This document shows, one piece after another, positions 1-8,563 of a DNA stretch of 53,617 nucleotides; positions within the stretch are counted from its first letter, which is position 1, and every line of letters starts with the position of its first letter. The notes under the pieces were generated by a model. It searched no databases, was not told the origin of the DNA, and saw only the letters and a program-made list of their open reading frames with translations. The translations under genes were made by a program, and so were the position numbers. The stretch is from a virus (lineage: Duplodnaviria; Caudoviricetes): IMG/VR virus record IMGVR_UViG_3300046007_010355, positions 1-53,617 of that record; one strand, given 5' to 3'.

Positions 1-474
1 ATTGTTACGATCCATTAACTTATGCAGACTGTGTGACCAAACTCCTGGATTTGTTGCCTTAAAGTCTTTATCGTCAATTTTAACCATTGTATTATAATTC
101 CATAAACCGATATATGGGATAGGAACACGGATCTGTGGAATAAAGTTATTGTATTCGCAGTATCCGCTTTCGTGAAATTCTTCAACTTGATTAATCGGAA
201 TATCAAGGCTGCACAGATAGTCTGCCTTAAGAAAGTGACTGATCATATCGTCCCAATTTTGATGCTCGGAAAAATCTTTTGGATTGTAACTATGGTTAGC
301 ACCAAAAAAGATATGTTCAATATTATGAGTATCGGCCCAGTCTTTTATAAGACTAATAGGTTGGATCCCAACAACAAACAATGTTTTCATACCGTAAGCA
401 GGGGTATGCTCAACTTCATTTCCTAAGAAAAATTGAGCATCATTTGATTCGCCAGTTGAATAATTACGATTCAT
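1..474 (-). CDS. Conserved phage hypothetical protein, 3'-truncated by the window edge (not in the ORF track)
   Basis: Manual translation from ATG at 474, overlapping the upstream gene end: MNRNYSTGESNDAQFFLGNEVEHTPAYGMKTLFVVG...KIDDKDFKATNPGVWSHSL..., open to position 1. Confidence 0.8.
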   Translation of the reverse strand, partial: MNRNYSTGESNDAQFFLGNEVEHTPAYGMKTLFVVGIQPISLIKDWADTHNIEHIFFGANHSYNPKDFSEHQNWDDMISHFLKADYLCSLDIPINQVEEFHESGYCEYNNFIPQIRVPIPYIGLWNYNTMVKIDDKDFKATNPGVWSHSLHKLMDRNN

Positions 475-691
475 CTTTCTTTTTACGTTTTGTCTTAGTA
501 GTAGCTACTTTAACAGAGTTTTCATATTCTGTCAATGTTTCTGTAATATCTTTTTGAAGAGCTTTCCAATCATGCTCAAAAGTTACTGTTCCGTCCTCGT
601 ATTCTGTTCTTATACTATGACTACCTTTTTGAATTTTTGGCCATTCTTGTTTTTTCGAATTCGTAGTACTAGTGTTGTTTTTACGTGCCAT
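464..691 (-). CDS. Hypothetical protein
   Basis: 75-aa ORF tightly packed between neighbours, AAGGA upstream. Confidence 0.75.
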   Translation of the reverse strand: MARKNNTSTTNSKKQEWPKIQKGSHSIRTEYEDGTVTFEHDWKALQKDITETLTEYENSVKVATTKTKRKKKDES

Positions 692-692
692 A

Positions 693-2246
693 TTATTTTC
701 CTTGTACAGTTTCTTCCAATGATCTTAATTTTTCATCATCTGGATTTGCTAAATCTATCTCTTCTTGTTTTGTAACTTCTTCAACTTCGAAATGAGTATT
801 AAATAGTGTCTGTTCTGGGCCTCCTCTTAGTCGTGCTCCTTCTAAGTTTCGTAGGAATGTACCGGCCTGTTCAATCATATCAAATGCTTCTGACTTTGTT
901 TTGGTATTAAACAAATCTTCTACGAAATTATTAAAGTACAGAATATTTCGAGGAACCCAATCTGAATATTCGTCGCTCATATCTGCTGATTTGACTTTTT
1001 TCCAATGTCGCCAATTAATCTTTCCTTGGGTCTTGGCAATTTCGATATCCATCAATTGTTGTGCACGTTGTACAGCTACAATATGACAATAAACGTTATG
1101 CCCCATCATCAGTGCGTATGAAAAACTATCCCAGGAAGTTCGACCTTCTTTTCCAATTTTATTAAGCATACCGGGTGCATAATGACAAATATCTCCTAAG
1201 GTTAATCTACGGCCTATTTCGGATTCGAAGGGGAACGGAATGTCTGATTTTGCAAGTGCTTTGTTATCTGGTGCTTTGTCCATAATAACACTCCACCTTT
1301 TGGCAGTGTGTTGTGCGTTGGTATAGACGAGACCGTGTGCTGTTGCAATAAATGGTGAGGCGCAATCAAAAGATATGGTAACTTCTTCATTAATGTGTTT
1401 CCTTATTTGTCTTTGAATACTAGTTAAGTAACAACTCCAATCGAGTTGAGCGGTACCGAGAAAGTGAATCCAATTCTTTCCCGCCAACATATTATCATCT
1501 CTCATAGTCATTAAACGTTTGAGAGTGATATCCATTTTACACATATTAGCTCCTCCGAAAGCCCAACCTTCGGCAGCTTTATCTTTCCAAATATTAGTAT
1601 CACTAAATTCTTTTACTCCATTATACCATTCTTCGGCAGTATCCCAATCTGAACCTTGAAGAACATTTAGCCATTTAGTATAACCTAGTCGATTTTTTAA
1701 GAAATATTCATTATTAAATTTTGTCTTATCTAAACAGTCTTGAAAAGTTTTCAATCCTGTTTTATGGCTATGATTGTGATCACATGCCCAGGTAGGTACA
1801 TCTAACATCATTGACCAATCGGCGGTGGTCTCCAACCATTCGAGAATTTGTTGACGAACTTTGTTAGCCTCTGGTCCTTCAAAATTTAACCAATCAAATT
1901 TAAGAACACCTTTACCAATTTGGTATCCTCCTGAGTCACCTAGAATCATAGTATTATTACGATCTCGTTGTTGAATCATTGATTCTTGTACAAGACTTTT
2001 TTGTAAATCCAATTGTGCGTGACCTGCTGAATACAGTGCATATTTGTATGTAAAATATCCTTCTTCTGGATTTAAGAAATTCATTCCTTCGATACCTCGA
2101 TCGAATTCTTTAGGAATGCGGTCATTTGGAACAAATTCTTCTAACCTTTGCTTTGCCACATAGGTTGAATAAAATGAGGAAATAGCTGGCAAATAGCAAG
2201 CGTAATCTTTGTTTAAAGAGCTTAAATCTACTGGTGGTTTTTTCAT
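693..2246 (-). CDS. dpdA: TGT-fold transglycosylase, DpdA-like (7-deazaguanine insertion) / queuine tRNA-ribosyltransferase-like
   Basis: GDSGGYQ, MMLDVP, VLQG, HFLG and SFD motifs of the TGT/DpdA family; queD and yhhQ are in the same window. Confidence 0.7.
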   Translation of the reverse strand: MKKPPVDLSSLNKDYACYLPAISSFYSTYVAKQRLEEFVPNDRIPKEFDRGIEGMNFLNPEEGYFTYKYALYSAGHAQLDLQKSLVQESMIQQRDRNNTMILGDSGGYQIGKGVLKFDWLNFEGPEANKVRQQILEWLETTADWSMMLDVPTWACDHNHSHKTGLKTFQDCLDKTKFNNEYFLKNRLGYTKWLNVLQGSDWDTAEEWYNGVKEFSDTNIWKDKAAEGWAFGGANMCKMDITLKRLMTMRDDNMLAGKNWIHFLGTAQLDWSCYLTSIQRQIRKHINEEVTISFDCASPFIATAHGLVYTNAQHTAKRWSVIMDKAPDNKALAKSDIPFPFESEIGRRLTLGDICHYAPGMLNKIGKEGRTSWDSFSYALMMGHNVYCHIVAVQRAQQLMDIEIAKTQGKINWRHWKKVKSADMSDEYSDWVPRNILYFNNFVEDLFNTKTKSEAFDMIEQAGTFLRNLEGARLRGGPEQTLFNTHFEVEEVTKQEEIDLANPDDEKLRSLEETVQGK

Positions 2247-2317
2247 ATTATACCCAATGATATTTTAAATTTTTGTTTTGAGTAATGCTGTTTTCCTGCA
2301 TATTGTAAATTATCATA

Positions 2318-3052
2318 TTAAGTTTTAGCAGGAATGATATATTTGTAAATTGCTAATCCACTGTCGAGGGTAATTTGCATTGCTCCTTCGTCACTAAAAC
2401 TAATAACTGTGTTATTAACATCAGAGGCCTTAAGGATTGACAATGTAGAAGTGACTGGCCAGGTCCAAGATTTTGTCAGTTTACCTGTAATTCCTTGTGT
2501 AAAAACAAACTCTCCTCCATGAGAATTTGCATCGCCGAACGTAAAAATTAATTTATCATTATCTGTTTTTGCCAAAAAAGTTTCATGTTCGGGATTAGCA
2601 CCTGCTTGAAATTGAAATCGTTGAATAGAACTTAATGTAGGAGATACCTCTACATGCCATTTAACACCTTTAAATTTTACAGTTTTAATTTTTTCATTAA
2701 TAATTTCTTGATTCATAAATCTGTAATCATTTTTAAAATCGCCATCTTTGTTTTCGAAATGAAGACCAACAGGAATGTCCTCTCCATTTCGATTTCCGAT
2801 CATTAATTCGATTTTAGCATCTTCTTGGTATTCTTTTCCTTCTACTAGATAACGAAGTTTTTCAAGTTGAGGCATACCGAATACACCTGACAATTGATCA
2901 TATGGAACAGAAGTTTCACCGTACATGATAACGGTTTTATTATCATTCATGGTATCAATTAATGTTTTGTCTTTTGTACCAGTGATTTTGACTGTATCAA
3001 ACAGTCCTAGTTTGTTTGTGTGAGATACAATATCTAAGAGAATATCTTTCAT
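2318..3052 (-). CDS. DNA polymerase sliding clamp (gp45-like)
   Basis: 244 aa, directly downstream of the family B polymerase, clamp-like C-terminus (YKYIIPA); a clamp loader is in the window. Confidence 0.65.
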   Translation of the reverse strand: MKDILLDIVSHTNKLGLFDTVKITGTKDKTLIDTMNDNKTVIMYGETSVPYDQLSGVFGMPQLEKLRYLVEGKEYQEDAKIELMIGNRNGEDIPVGLHFENKDGDFKNDYRFMNQEIINEKIKTVKFKGVKWHVEVSPTLSSIQRFQFQAGANPEHETFLAKTDNDKLIFTFGDANSHGGEFVFTQGITGKLTKSWTWPVTSTLSILKASDVNNTVISFSDEGAMQITLDSGLAIYKYIIPAKT

Positions 3053-3070
3053 ATTAAATTCCTTTATGTT

Positions 3071-3099
3071 ATTTTATTTAGATTTTTGAAGTTAGTCAA
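3071..3099 (-). promoter_or_regulatory. Sigma70-type promoter with an overlapping TAAATA late-type motif
   Basis: TTGACT-N17-TAAAAT upstream of the clamp gene. Confidence 0.6.
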
Positions 3100-3106
3100 A
3101 GAAAAT

Positions 3107-5776
3107 TTATTCAAACGTAAATAGATTGTTAAAGGTGGTTTTTTCATCTGTTGAATCTAAATCCCATTCTAGTACACCTATTAAATTATCTACTTTATTA
3201 TTAATAATTGTAGTTTCCATTTCTTCATGATCAAAAGGCAGTTCTTGAAACCATTTAGGTAAACGAAGTTCGTCAGTGGGGTATGCTACTGAAGTAAATC
3301 CCAATGGATTGGATTTTAATTTACAGATAATAACTTTCATGCCATCTACAATTTGCATTGAATATTTGTCGTCATTCATTCGTCTTAAAGTGTTCCAATT
3401 AATACTAGCACGAACATGTCCTGGCATATTAGCCTTACCTTGTTTTTTTTCTTTAGCTTCGTATTCTGTAATATTGTTTGCACGTTTAGGACTGCCTTTC
3501 TCCCAACCTGGACGAGCTTTAAAATTAACTCTAAATGCTGAAATCATGTCTAAAATTTCTTTTTCTTCAGAACCGTTTAGAACTTTGGTCAATATATCTG
3601 ATAAAAAATTTTGCATAAATTCTGGAGTATCTGATCTTTTTAGATCTAATCCCATAGCTTTTATTTTACCTGATTTACCGTCAATGTCAGTTCTTTTGCC
3701 TTCTTTGTCATAATAAAGTACAGCGTATCGTTTTTTAGTAATGAATAATCCTTTGACAGCAACGATTTCTCTGCCCGCCTTTATTACTTCGCCTCTACTT
3801 TTTGGACAATGAAATTTATCTAGCATAAGATCTGAAAAAGTAGAATTAACTTCACTGGCGATTGTGTCATACAATTTGATCACAGTATCTTTATCCCAAT
3901 TAATTTCGCCTTTATCGATTTCTTTTTTTAAAGTTGAATAAGCACTGAAATATGCCGAATCAGTATCACCATAAATGATTGATTTACCTAAATGGTTGTA
4001 TTCTCCGGTAACGACCTCATTTATTTTAGCAGCCATGTGCCTGGCAATACACCTTCCTGTAAGAGTGGTACTTTGACCAATACGGTTATCAAAAAACCTA
4101 CACCCAGCATTAAGAATAGCACCGTACAAACTATTAAGATTAATTTTTTTGACCAGTTGTCGTTTATCCCAGTATTCTTCTTCAATTTTATTCTCCGCTT
4201 TAATTGCATCTTTTAATTTAGCTTGTAATTCTTTACGTTCTGCATACCAACGTTTTAATAAACCGGGTATAATACCTTCGAATTCGTAGGTAAAAATAGT
4301 ACCATTAGCCGATAGCATCCAGGGTTTATTATTGTTAAAAATTAGATCATAGATTTGAGCTCCTGTCATGATTTCACATGTACCATTTTCCCAATCTACG
4401 TATATTTCATTAGCTTTATCTTGTGACATTACTAGTTCGTATTCGTTAGTACCGAATTTTCCCTCCCAACTAGCTGCGAAACTATTACCAGATGATATTT
4501 TTTCCTGTAGTTCGGCTTGTGTATAGTCCATTCTCAATTGACCAATAATTGTTTCGGGTCCCATGTTTAAAGCACGAATTACTGATGGATATAGACTATT
4601 AATATCCATTGATCCTATCCAATCATGAAGGCCTTTCTTAGGATATGCTACGTATGCTCCTGCTGCTTGACTATTATCACGATCATCCATTTTGGTTCGG
4701 CTAGGAACTATCATACCTCGATGATGAGCTTCGTTGATGATTGCTTGCTCTGTTACTGCAACCGCACCCATTGTAGTCTGTAACAATACTGTATTTTCAT
4801 GAGCAATGCTATTAGCTAGATCTATAAATTTTAATTTTTTATCTAATTTATCTAGTAGAGCACAGTCTTGTCTATTATATTCAATAAACTTTTTAAAATC
4901 ATTATTATATAATTGGTCGAGTGTTCCTTCGTAAACGGTTTTCGTTTCTCCTATTTCCATTTCTCCGATAGCGTCGAGCCTGTAGCTGTGTCGTTCTTCG
5001 TAAGTATATTTTCTGTACAGCTCAAGACTGTCCAAATGAACGCGACCGACAAGATCATAAGTGACAGCTTCTTTTCCGTATTTTTCATATTCTCTCTTTT
5101 TTGGTAATTGATCCCATAGACAAAATCTTCTTGTGTCTTCTTTAGATAAGACTTTAGTAACTCTATTGACAATATATGGAATATCGAAACCTTCTGAATT
5201 CCAACCGCTTAATACATCTGCATCTTCTATCAAATTCAAAAAAGTTTCCAGCATATCGGATTCATGATCGAAAAGATATGTATTTGGAAATTCTTTAATT
5301 AGTTCCTGAGCTTTTTCTTTAGTTAGAGTTTTCGGTGGAACAGCTAGACAGATTAGAGTATCTAACCATTGTAAATGCAATGCAATAGCAGTAATAGGCA
5401 TGAATGCATCATCTGGACTTGCATATCCTCTCTCAGGATCAAATGCAACTTCAATATCAAAAAATGCAACATTAAGTTTAGGGGGTTCTTTCCCTAGATA
5501 ATTGTCTTCTAAAATTCTAAATACAGGATTGATATCACTTTCGTATAACTTGTGTCCACTGTGAATTTTTTGTTCCTTAACATATTCCTTCCAGTTTTTA
5601 CATAGTACACGATTTAAATTTTCACCAAATATAGATTTGTATTTTCCTTTTTGATCTGGATAATAAAATATATATCTGGCAGGATATTCTTGATATAATC
5701 TACCTTTTTTAGGATCACGTTCTATAACCTGTACAATATCTTTTTCTCGATCCCATCTGGCATCAACATAACTCAT
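3107..5776 (-). CDS. Family B DNA polymerase with 3'-5' exonuclease (T4 gp43-like)
   Basis: Exonuclease motifs FDIE, GWNSEGFD, YNRQD; polymerase motifs DINSLYPS, KINLNSLYG, YGDTDS, KKRY. Confidence 0.97.
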   Translation of the reverse strand: MSYVDARWDREKDIVQVIERDPKKGRLYQEYPARYIFYYPDQKGKYKSIFGENLNRVLCKNWKEYVKEQKIHSGHKLYESDINPVFRILEDNYLGKEPPKLNVAFFDIEVAFDPERGYASPDDAFMPITAIALHLQWLDTLICLAVPPKTLTKEKAQELIKEFPNTYLFDHESDMLETFLNLIEDADVLSGWNSEGFDIPYIVNRVTKVLSKEDTRRFCLWDQLPKKREYEKYGKEAVTYDLVGRVHLDSLELYRKYTYEERHSYRLDAIGEMEIGETKTVYEGTLDQLYNNDFKKFIEYNRQDCALLDKLDKKLKFIDLANSIAHENTVLLQTTMGAVAVTEQAIINEAHHRGMIVPSRTKMDDRDNSQAAGAYVAYPKKGLHDWIGSMDINSLYPSVIRALNMGPETIIGQLRMDYTQAELQEKISSGNSFAASWEGKFGTNEYELVMSQDKANEIYVDWENGTCEIMTGAQIYDLIFNNNKPWMLSANGTIFTYEFEGIIPGLLKRWYAERKELQAKLKDAIKAENKIEEEYWDKRQLVKKINLNSLYGAILNAGCRFFDNRIGQSTTLTGRCIARHMAAKINEVVTGEYNHLGKSIIYGDTDSAYFSAYSTLKKEIDKGEINWDKDTVIKLYDTIASEVNSTFSDLMLDKFHCPKSRGEVIKAGREIVAVKGLFITKKRYAVLYYDKEGKRTDIDGKSGKIKAMGLDLKRSDTPEFMQNFLSDILTKVLNGSEEKEILDMISAFRVNFKARPGWEKGSPKRANNITEYEAKEKKQGKANMPGHVRASINWNTLRRMNDDKYSMQIVDGMKVIICKLKSNPLGFTSVAYPTDELRLPKWFQELPFDHEEMETTIINNKVDNLIGVLEWDLDSTDEKTTFNNLFTFE

Positions 5777-5789
5777 TACATTTCCCCTT

Positions 5790-5846
5790 GTGATTTATGG
5801 CTCACTAACCTTCATAAATGCGATTTTTGGCTCGCTTGACCTTCAT
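5790..5846 (-). promoter_or_regulatory. Tandem structured 5'-UTR elements of the polymerase gene (putative translational operator)
   Basis: Two units, AUGAAGGUCAA-GCGA-GCCAAAAA-UCGC and AUGAAGGUUA-GUGA-GCCAUAAA-UCAC, with a compensatory C-G/U-A change; ATAAATA just upstream (5853-5859). Confidence 0.55.
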
Positions 5847-5867
5847 CTAAATTATTTATTAACTTGC

Positions 5868-6137
5868 TTATTCGTCTTTACGATTTGCATGGCCACTGAT
5901 GTCCACAATGGTTTCGAGATCATCAAATTCTCTAAACACTTGATCCCATTGGTCTTTAAGTGCAATTCTAATGGCTTTGCGAATAACACTGGGTTTAACT
6001 TCTAGTTCTTCTGCCACTGCTTTAATAGTTTCGTTAAGTCCTTCTGTAAGATCTTGAATTTCTTGCATTACCGTTACGCCCTCTGCCACTATTTGTTTAA
6101 TTTTAGATTTTTCTGGGTCACCAAATACTTTACTCAT
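5868..6137 (-). CDS. Small dsDNA-binding protein / transcription regulator (T4 DsbA- or GapR-like)
   Basis: Coiled-coil pattern EIQDLTEGLNETIKAVAEELEVKPSVIRKAI; AGGAG upstream of the ATG at 6137. Confidence 0.6.
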   Translation of the reverse strand: MSKVFGDPEKSKIKQIVAEGVTVMQEIQDLTEGLNETIKAVAEELEVKPSVIRKAIRIALKDQWDQVFREFDDLETIVDISGHANRKDE

Positions 6138-6158
6138 ATAAACTCCTGTAAACAATTA

Positions 6159-6187
6159 ATTATAAAGGAACGATTGAGATAAATCAA
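6159..6187 (-). promoter_or_regulatory. Sigma70-type promoter
   Basis: TTGATT-N17-TATAAT. Confidence 0.6.
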
Positions 6188-6192
6188 ATTTA

Positions 6193-6801
6193 TTAATACC
6201 AAGGTCGTTCTAAACCGAAATATTTTGCCTTCCAATGTGATTGAGCATACCATCCTGTTAGATTTTGCCATTGGTCTCTAAGAGCCCATATTCGATGTGC
6301 AGCATCTACCCAATCTGTATTTAAAATAAGTTTTTCGGCTTGTTCTTTATGATATTGTATTAATTCTAAATTTGGAGCATCCCATTCTAAGTGTATAACT
6401 TCTAATGCAAAATTTTCATCGCAATAATCTATATCGACATCTATTCCGTATTTTTGTGCGCAGGTTAAAAGCCATCCTAGTCGTAAATTTTTAGATTTAT
6501 AATTTTCTATTTGGTCTCTTGCTTGACCTGTGAAGTTGCATCGGTACATGGCACAGCTATGATCGATAGTTAAATATTCATGTTGTACACTGATCCATGG
6601 TTGGAAAAATCCAGGATGTCCTGCTGTATAATTGGTAATAGGGTATCCTTGGCAAATGTAATATTGTTGTTCTAGTGCAGTAAGCTCATAACCGTCTTTA
6701 TCAAAAAACGCAATGAAGTTGGGATCTTCGAGATATTTTGAATTTACCTGTACGTCAATAGTGGGATTTTCTAAAAATTCAATATTTGCTATCGTGAACA
6801 T
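6193..6801 (-). CDS. Hypothetical protein
   Basis: 202-aa ORF in operon. Confidence 0.8.
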   Translation of the reverse strand: MFTIANIEFLENPTIDVQVNSKYLEDPNFIAFFDKDGYELTALEQQYYICQGYPITNYTAGHPGFFQPWISVQHEYLTIDHSCAMYRCNFTGQARDQIENYKSKNLRLGWLLTCAQKYGIDVDIDYCDENFALEVIHLEWDAPNLELIQYHKEQAEKLILNTDWVDAAHRIWALRDQWQNLTGWYAQSHWKAKYFGLERPWY

Positions 6802-6803
6802 TC

Positions 6804-7196
6804 TTACATATCTGAATCGAAATTACCTTGCATACGGATTTGTTCTATATCATTCTTTTCTGCGTAGTCGTCGATATACATGGCTAATTTAAAATCTAGT
6901 ATTGTCAGCCCTTCGACATCGGAAGTCGAAGTCTTAATTGTGACCTCGGCAACATCTTGTGTAACCTCGGCGAAGTGATCTAGTTTTTCACTTATACTAT
7001 TAACATATTCTACAAATTCTACAGCATGGCGATGATCTTTAGCCATGTATGTGGCTGTTAGGATTCTATGGTCAAGCATTTCCCAATCTGGTAAGAATCG
7101 ACTTTTTGCATCATCAAGATCGGCATCGGCTGGCACAAATTCTTCGATATCTTTTGATCTATATTTTCCTTCTGCAATATCGATCCAATTTCTCAT
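6804..7196 (-). CDS. Pterin-4-alpha-carbinolamine dehydratase-like protein
   Basis: LPDW...AVEFVEYV...SEKLDHFAEV...EGLTILDFKLA matches the PCD/PhhB pattern, with diverged His motifs. Confidence 0.75.
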   Translation of the reverse strand: MRNWIDIAEGKYRSKDIEEFVPADADLDDAKSRFLPDWEMLDHRILTATYMAKDHRHAVEFVEYVNSISEKLDHFAEVTQDVAEVTIKTSTSDVEGLTILDFKLAMYIDDYAEKNDIEQIRMQGNFDSDM

Positions 7197-7864
7197 TGTG
7201 TGCGATCCTTGTTATCAATAGCACGTTCTATCTTTGCGATATTATATTTACGAGATCCGCATTTATCTCTTAACATATAACTTATAGCCATCTTTGTTAA
7301 ACCCAAATCTAATCTAGTTCCTACTTTTTCTGTTCCGTCTTTGTATGTTACTTGATATTTTGCTCTGGCATATTGATTTGCCATTCCAGTATTCCAGGTT
7401 TTGATACCCCTTAGTGTTTCACTTCTGCGACGGTCTGCATCTGCTTTACGAGCAGCCTTTTCCTCTTCAGTTAAAACTTTTTTAGGTTTTGCTGTTCCTT
7501 TGTTCCAGGGATCTTTACCTTTTCTCTGTTCGCTCCATTTAGCACGAGTTTCCTCCGAAGGAACCCAGCCCGTTTGCCCTTCTCCACCTTCGCTCATATT
7601 GTAACCTTTAGGACCAAATGATTCGTATAGTGCGATATAAAATCTTTCTTTATCATTTAATAGGGTTTTATCTTCTATACTATCCTCGATGATTTCCCAA
7701 ACGAAGTTTTCTTCGCCGTACTTTCGTAATGCTCTATGGAAGGCGAATTTGCATCCTCTTCTGGTATCACTTAAATGATTATTTTTTCTAATGTTGAAAG
7801 GAAGTTCAGTCTTGCCTACATAAGACTTTTGATTAATTTGATTAGTAACTTTATATATTAACAT
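7193..7864 (-). mobile_element. Free-standing GIY-YIG homing endonuclease with NUMOD3-type DNA-binding repeats
   Basis: LIYKVTN...YVGKT...R...H, GYN, SEETRAKWSEQRKGKDPWNKG; likely start at ATG 7864, preceded by TAAATA. Confidence 0.85.
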
Positions 7865-7898
7865 AAAGTTATTTATCATTTCACTTGTAAAGCCAGGG

Positions 7899-8318
7899 TT
7901 ATTGAGTTCTGTCTTTGTCATCAATAGCACCGCCTGTTATGAAAGCAGTACAACTTCTGCTGCCCGCACATTTAAAATGAAGAAAGTTACAGTATCCTAG
8001 ATCTGCTTTGTGTATTGTGGCCATAGTATCTGCATTTGGTTCATCGCCTTTAGCACCTTCTTCGATACATTTCCACATTTTATCACTTACATCAAATGCA
8101 GCACAGTTACCGCACTTCATTGTTCGAGCAGTCTTTTCTGTAATATTCCAACGTTTAGCAGCCTGTTTCCAGTAGTCTTCGGGTTCTTCTGGATTAGCAG
8201 GACCATAATGATATTGATCTATTGCTTTTTGACGATTTTTGAGATTAACATCGATATCGTAAGTAGCAACAGGACATCCTTTATTGGCTGCTTCTATAAG
8301 TTTTATATAGTTTCTCAT
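7899..8318 (-). CDS. Cys-rich protein with a HiPIP-like Fe-S or metal-binding motif
   Basis: CGNCAAF...GYC...KC...RSC..F cysteine pattern. Confidence 0.55.
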   Translation of the reverse strand: MRNYIKLIEAANKGCPVATYDIDVNLKNRQKAIDQYHYGPANPEEPEDYWKQAAKRWNITEKTARTMKCGNCAAFDVSDKMWKCIEEGAKGDEPNADTMATIHKADLGYCNFLHFKCAGSRSCTAFITGGAIDDKDRTQ

Positions 8319-8563
8319 TTCTTTTTACTAGGTTCAGCTGCTGCAAAACGAGCAGCTATGGCCATTCTATCTATGTGCGCAGGATCCTTTTTAGTTCCTG
8401 GCCTATTATTTAATCTAAATTGATGATATCGTTCAGGGTCGGCATTTCGAAATCTTGTTTGCCACACTTCTAAATCGTCAGAAGGTTTCAGTTTAGGTTG
8501 AATACCGACCGGTTTTATTTGAGCAGGTTCTTGGGTCGATTGTTGTGGATCCTGCTCACTTAC
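8315..8563 (-). CDS. -1 frame C-terminal extension (82 aa) of the 749-aa protein via a putative programmed frameshift
   Basis: Open frame VSEQDPQQSTQEPAQIKPVGIQPKLKPSDDLEVWQTRFRNADPERYHQF...DRMAIAARFAAAEPSKKK with no start of its own; entered at A AAA AAG (8563-8569); its stop overlaps the next ATG (ATGA). Confidence 0.65.
   Translation of the reverse strand, partial: VSEQDPQQSTQEPAQIKPVGIQPKLKPSDDLEVWQTRFRNADPERYHQFRLNNRPGTKKDPAHIDRMAIAARFAAAEPSKKK

Noticed and set aside
2248-2316. 22-codon ORF between the clamp and dpdA-like genes
   Set aside because: Too short, with no RBS or motif support
7193-7930. Group I intron around the GIY-YIG gene
   Set aside because: Only about 35 nt of non-coding sequence flanks the ORF, too little for a ribozyme core, and the upstream gene already has a complete end and stop
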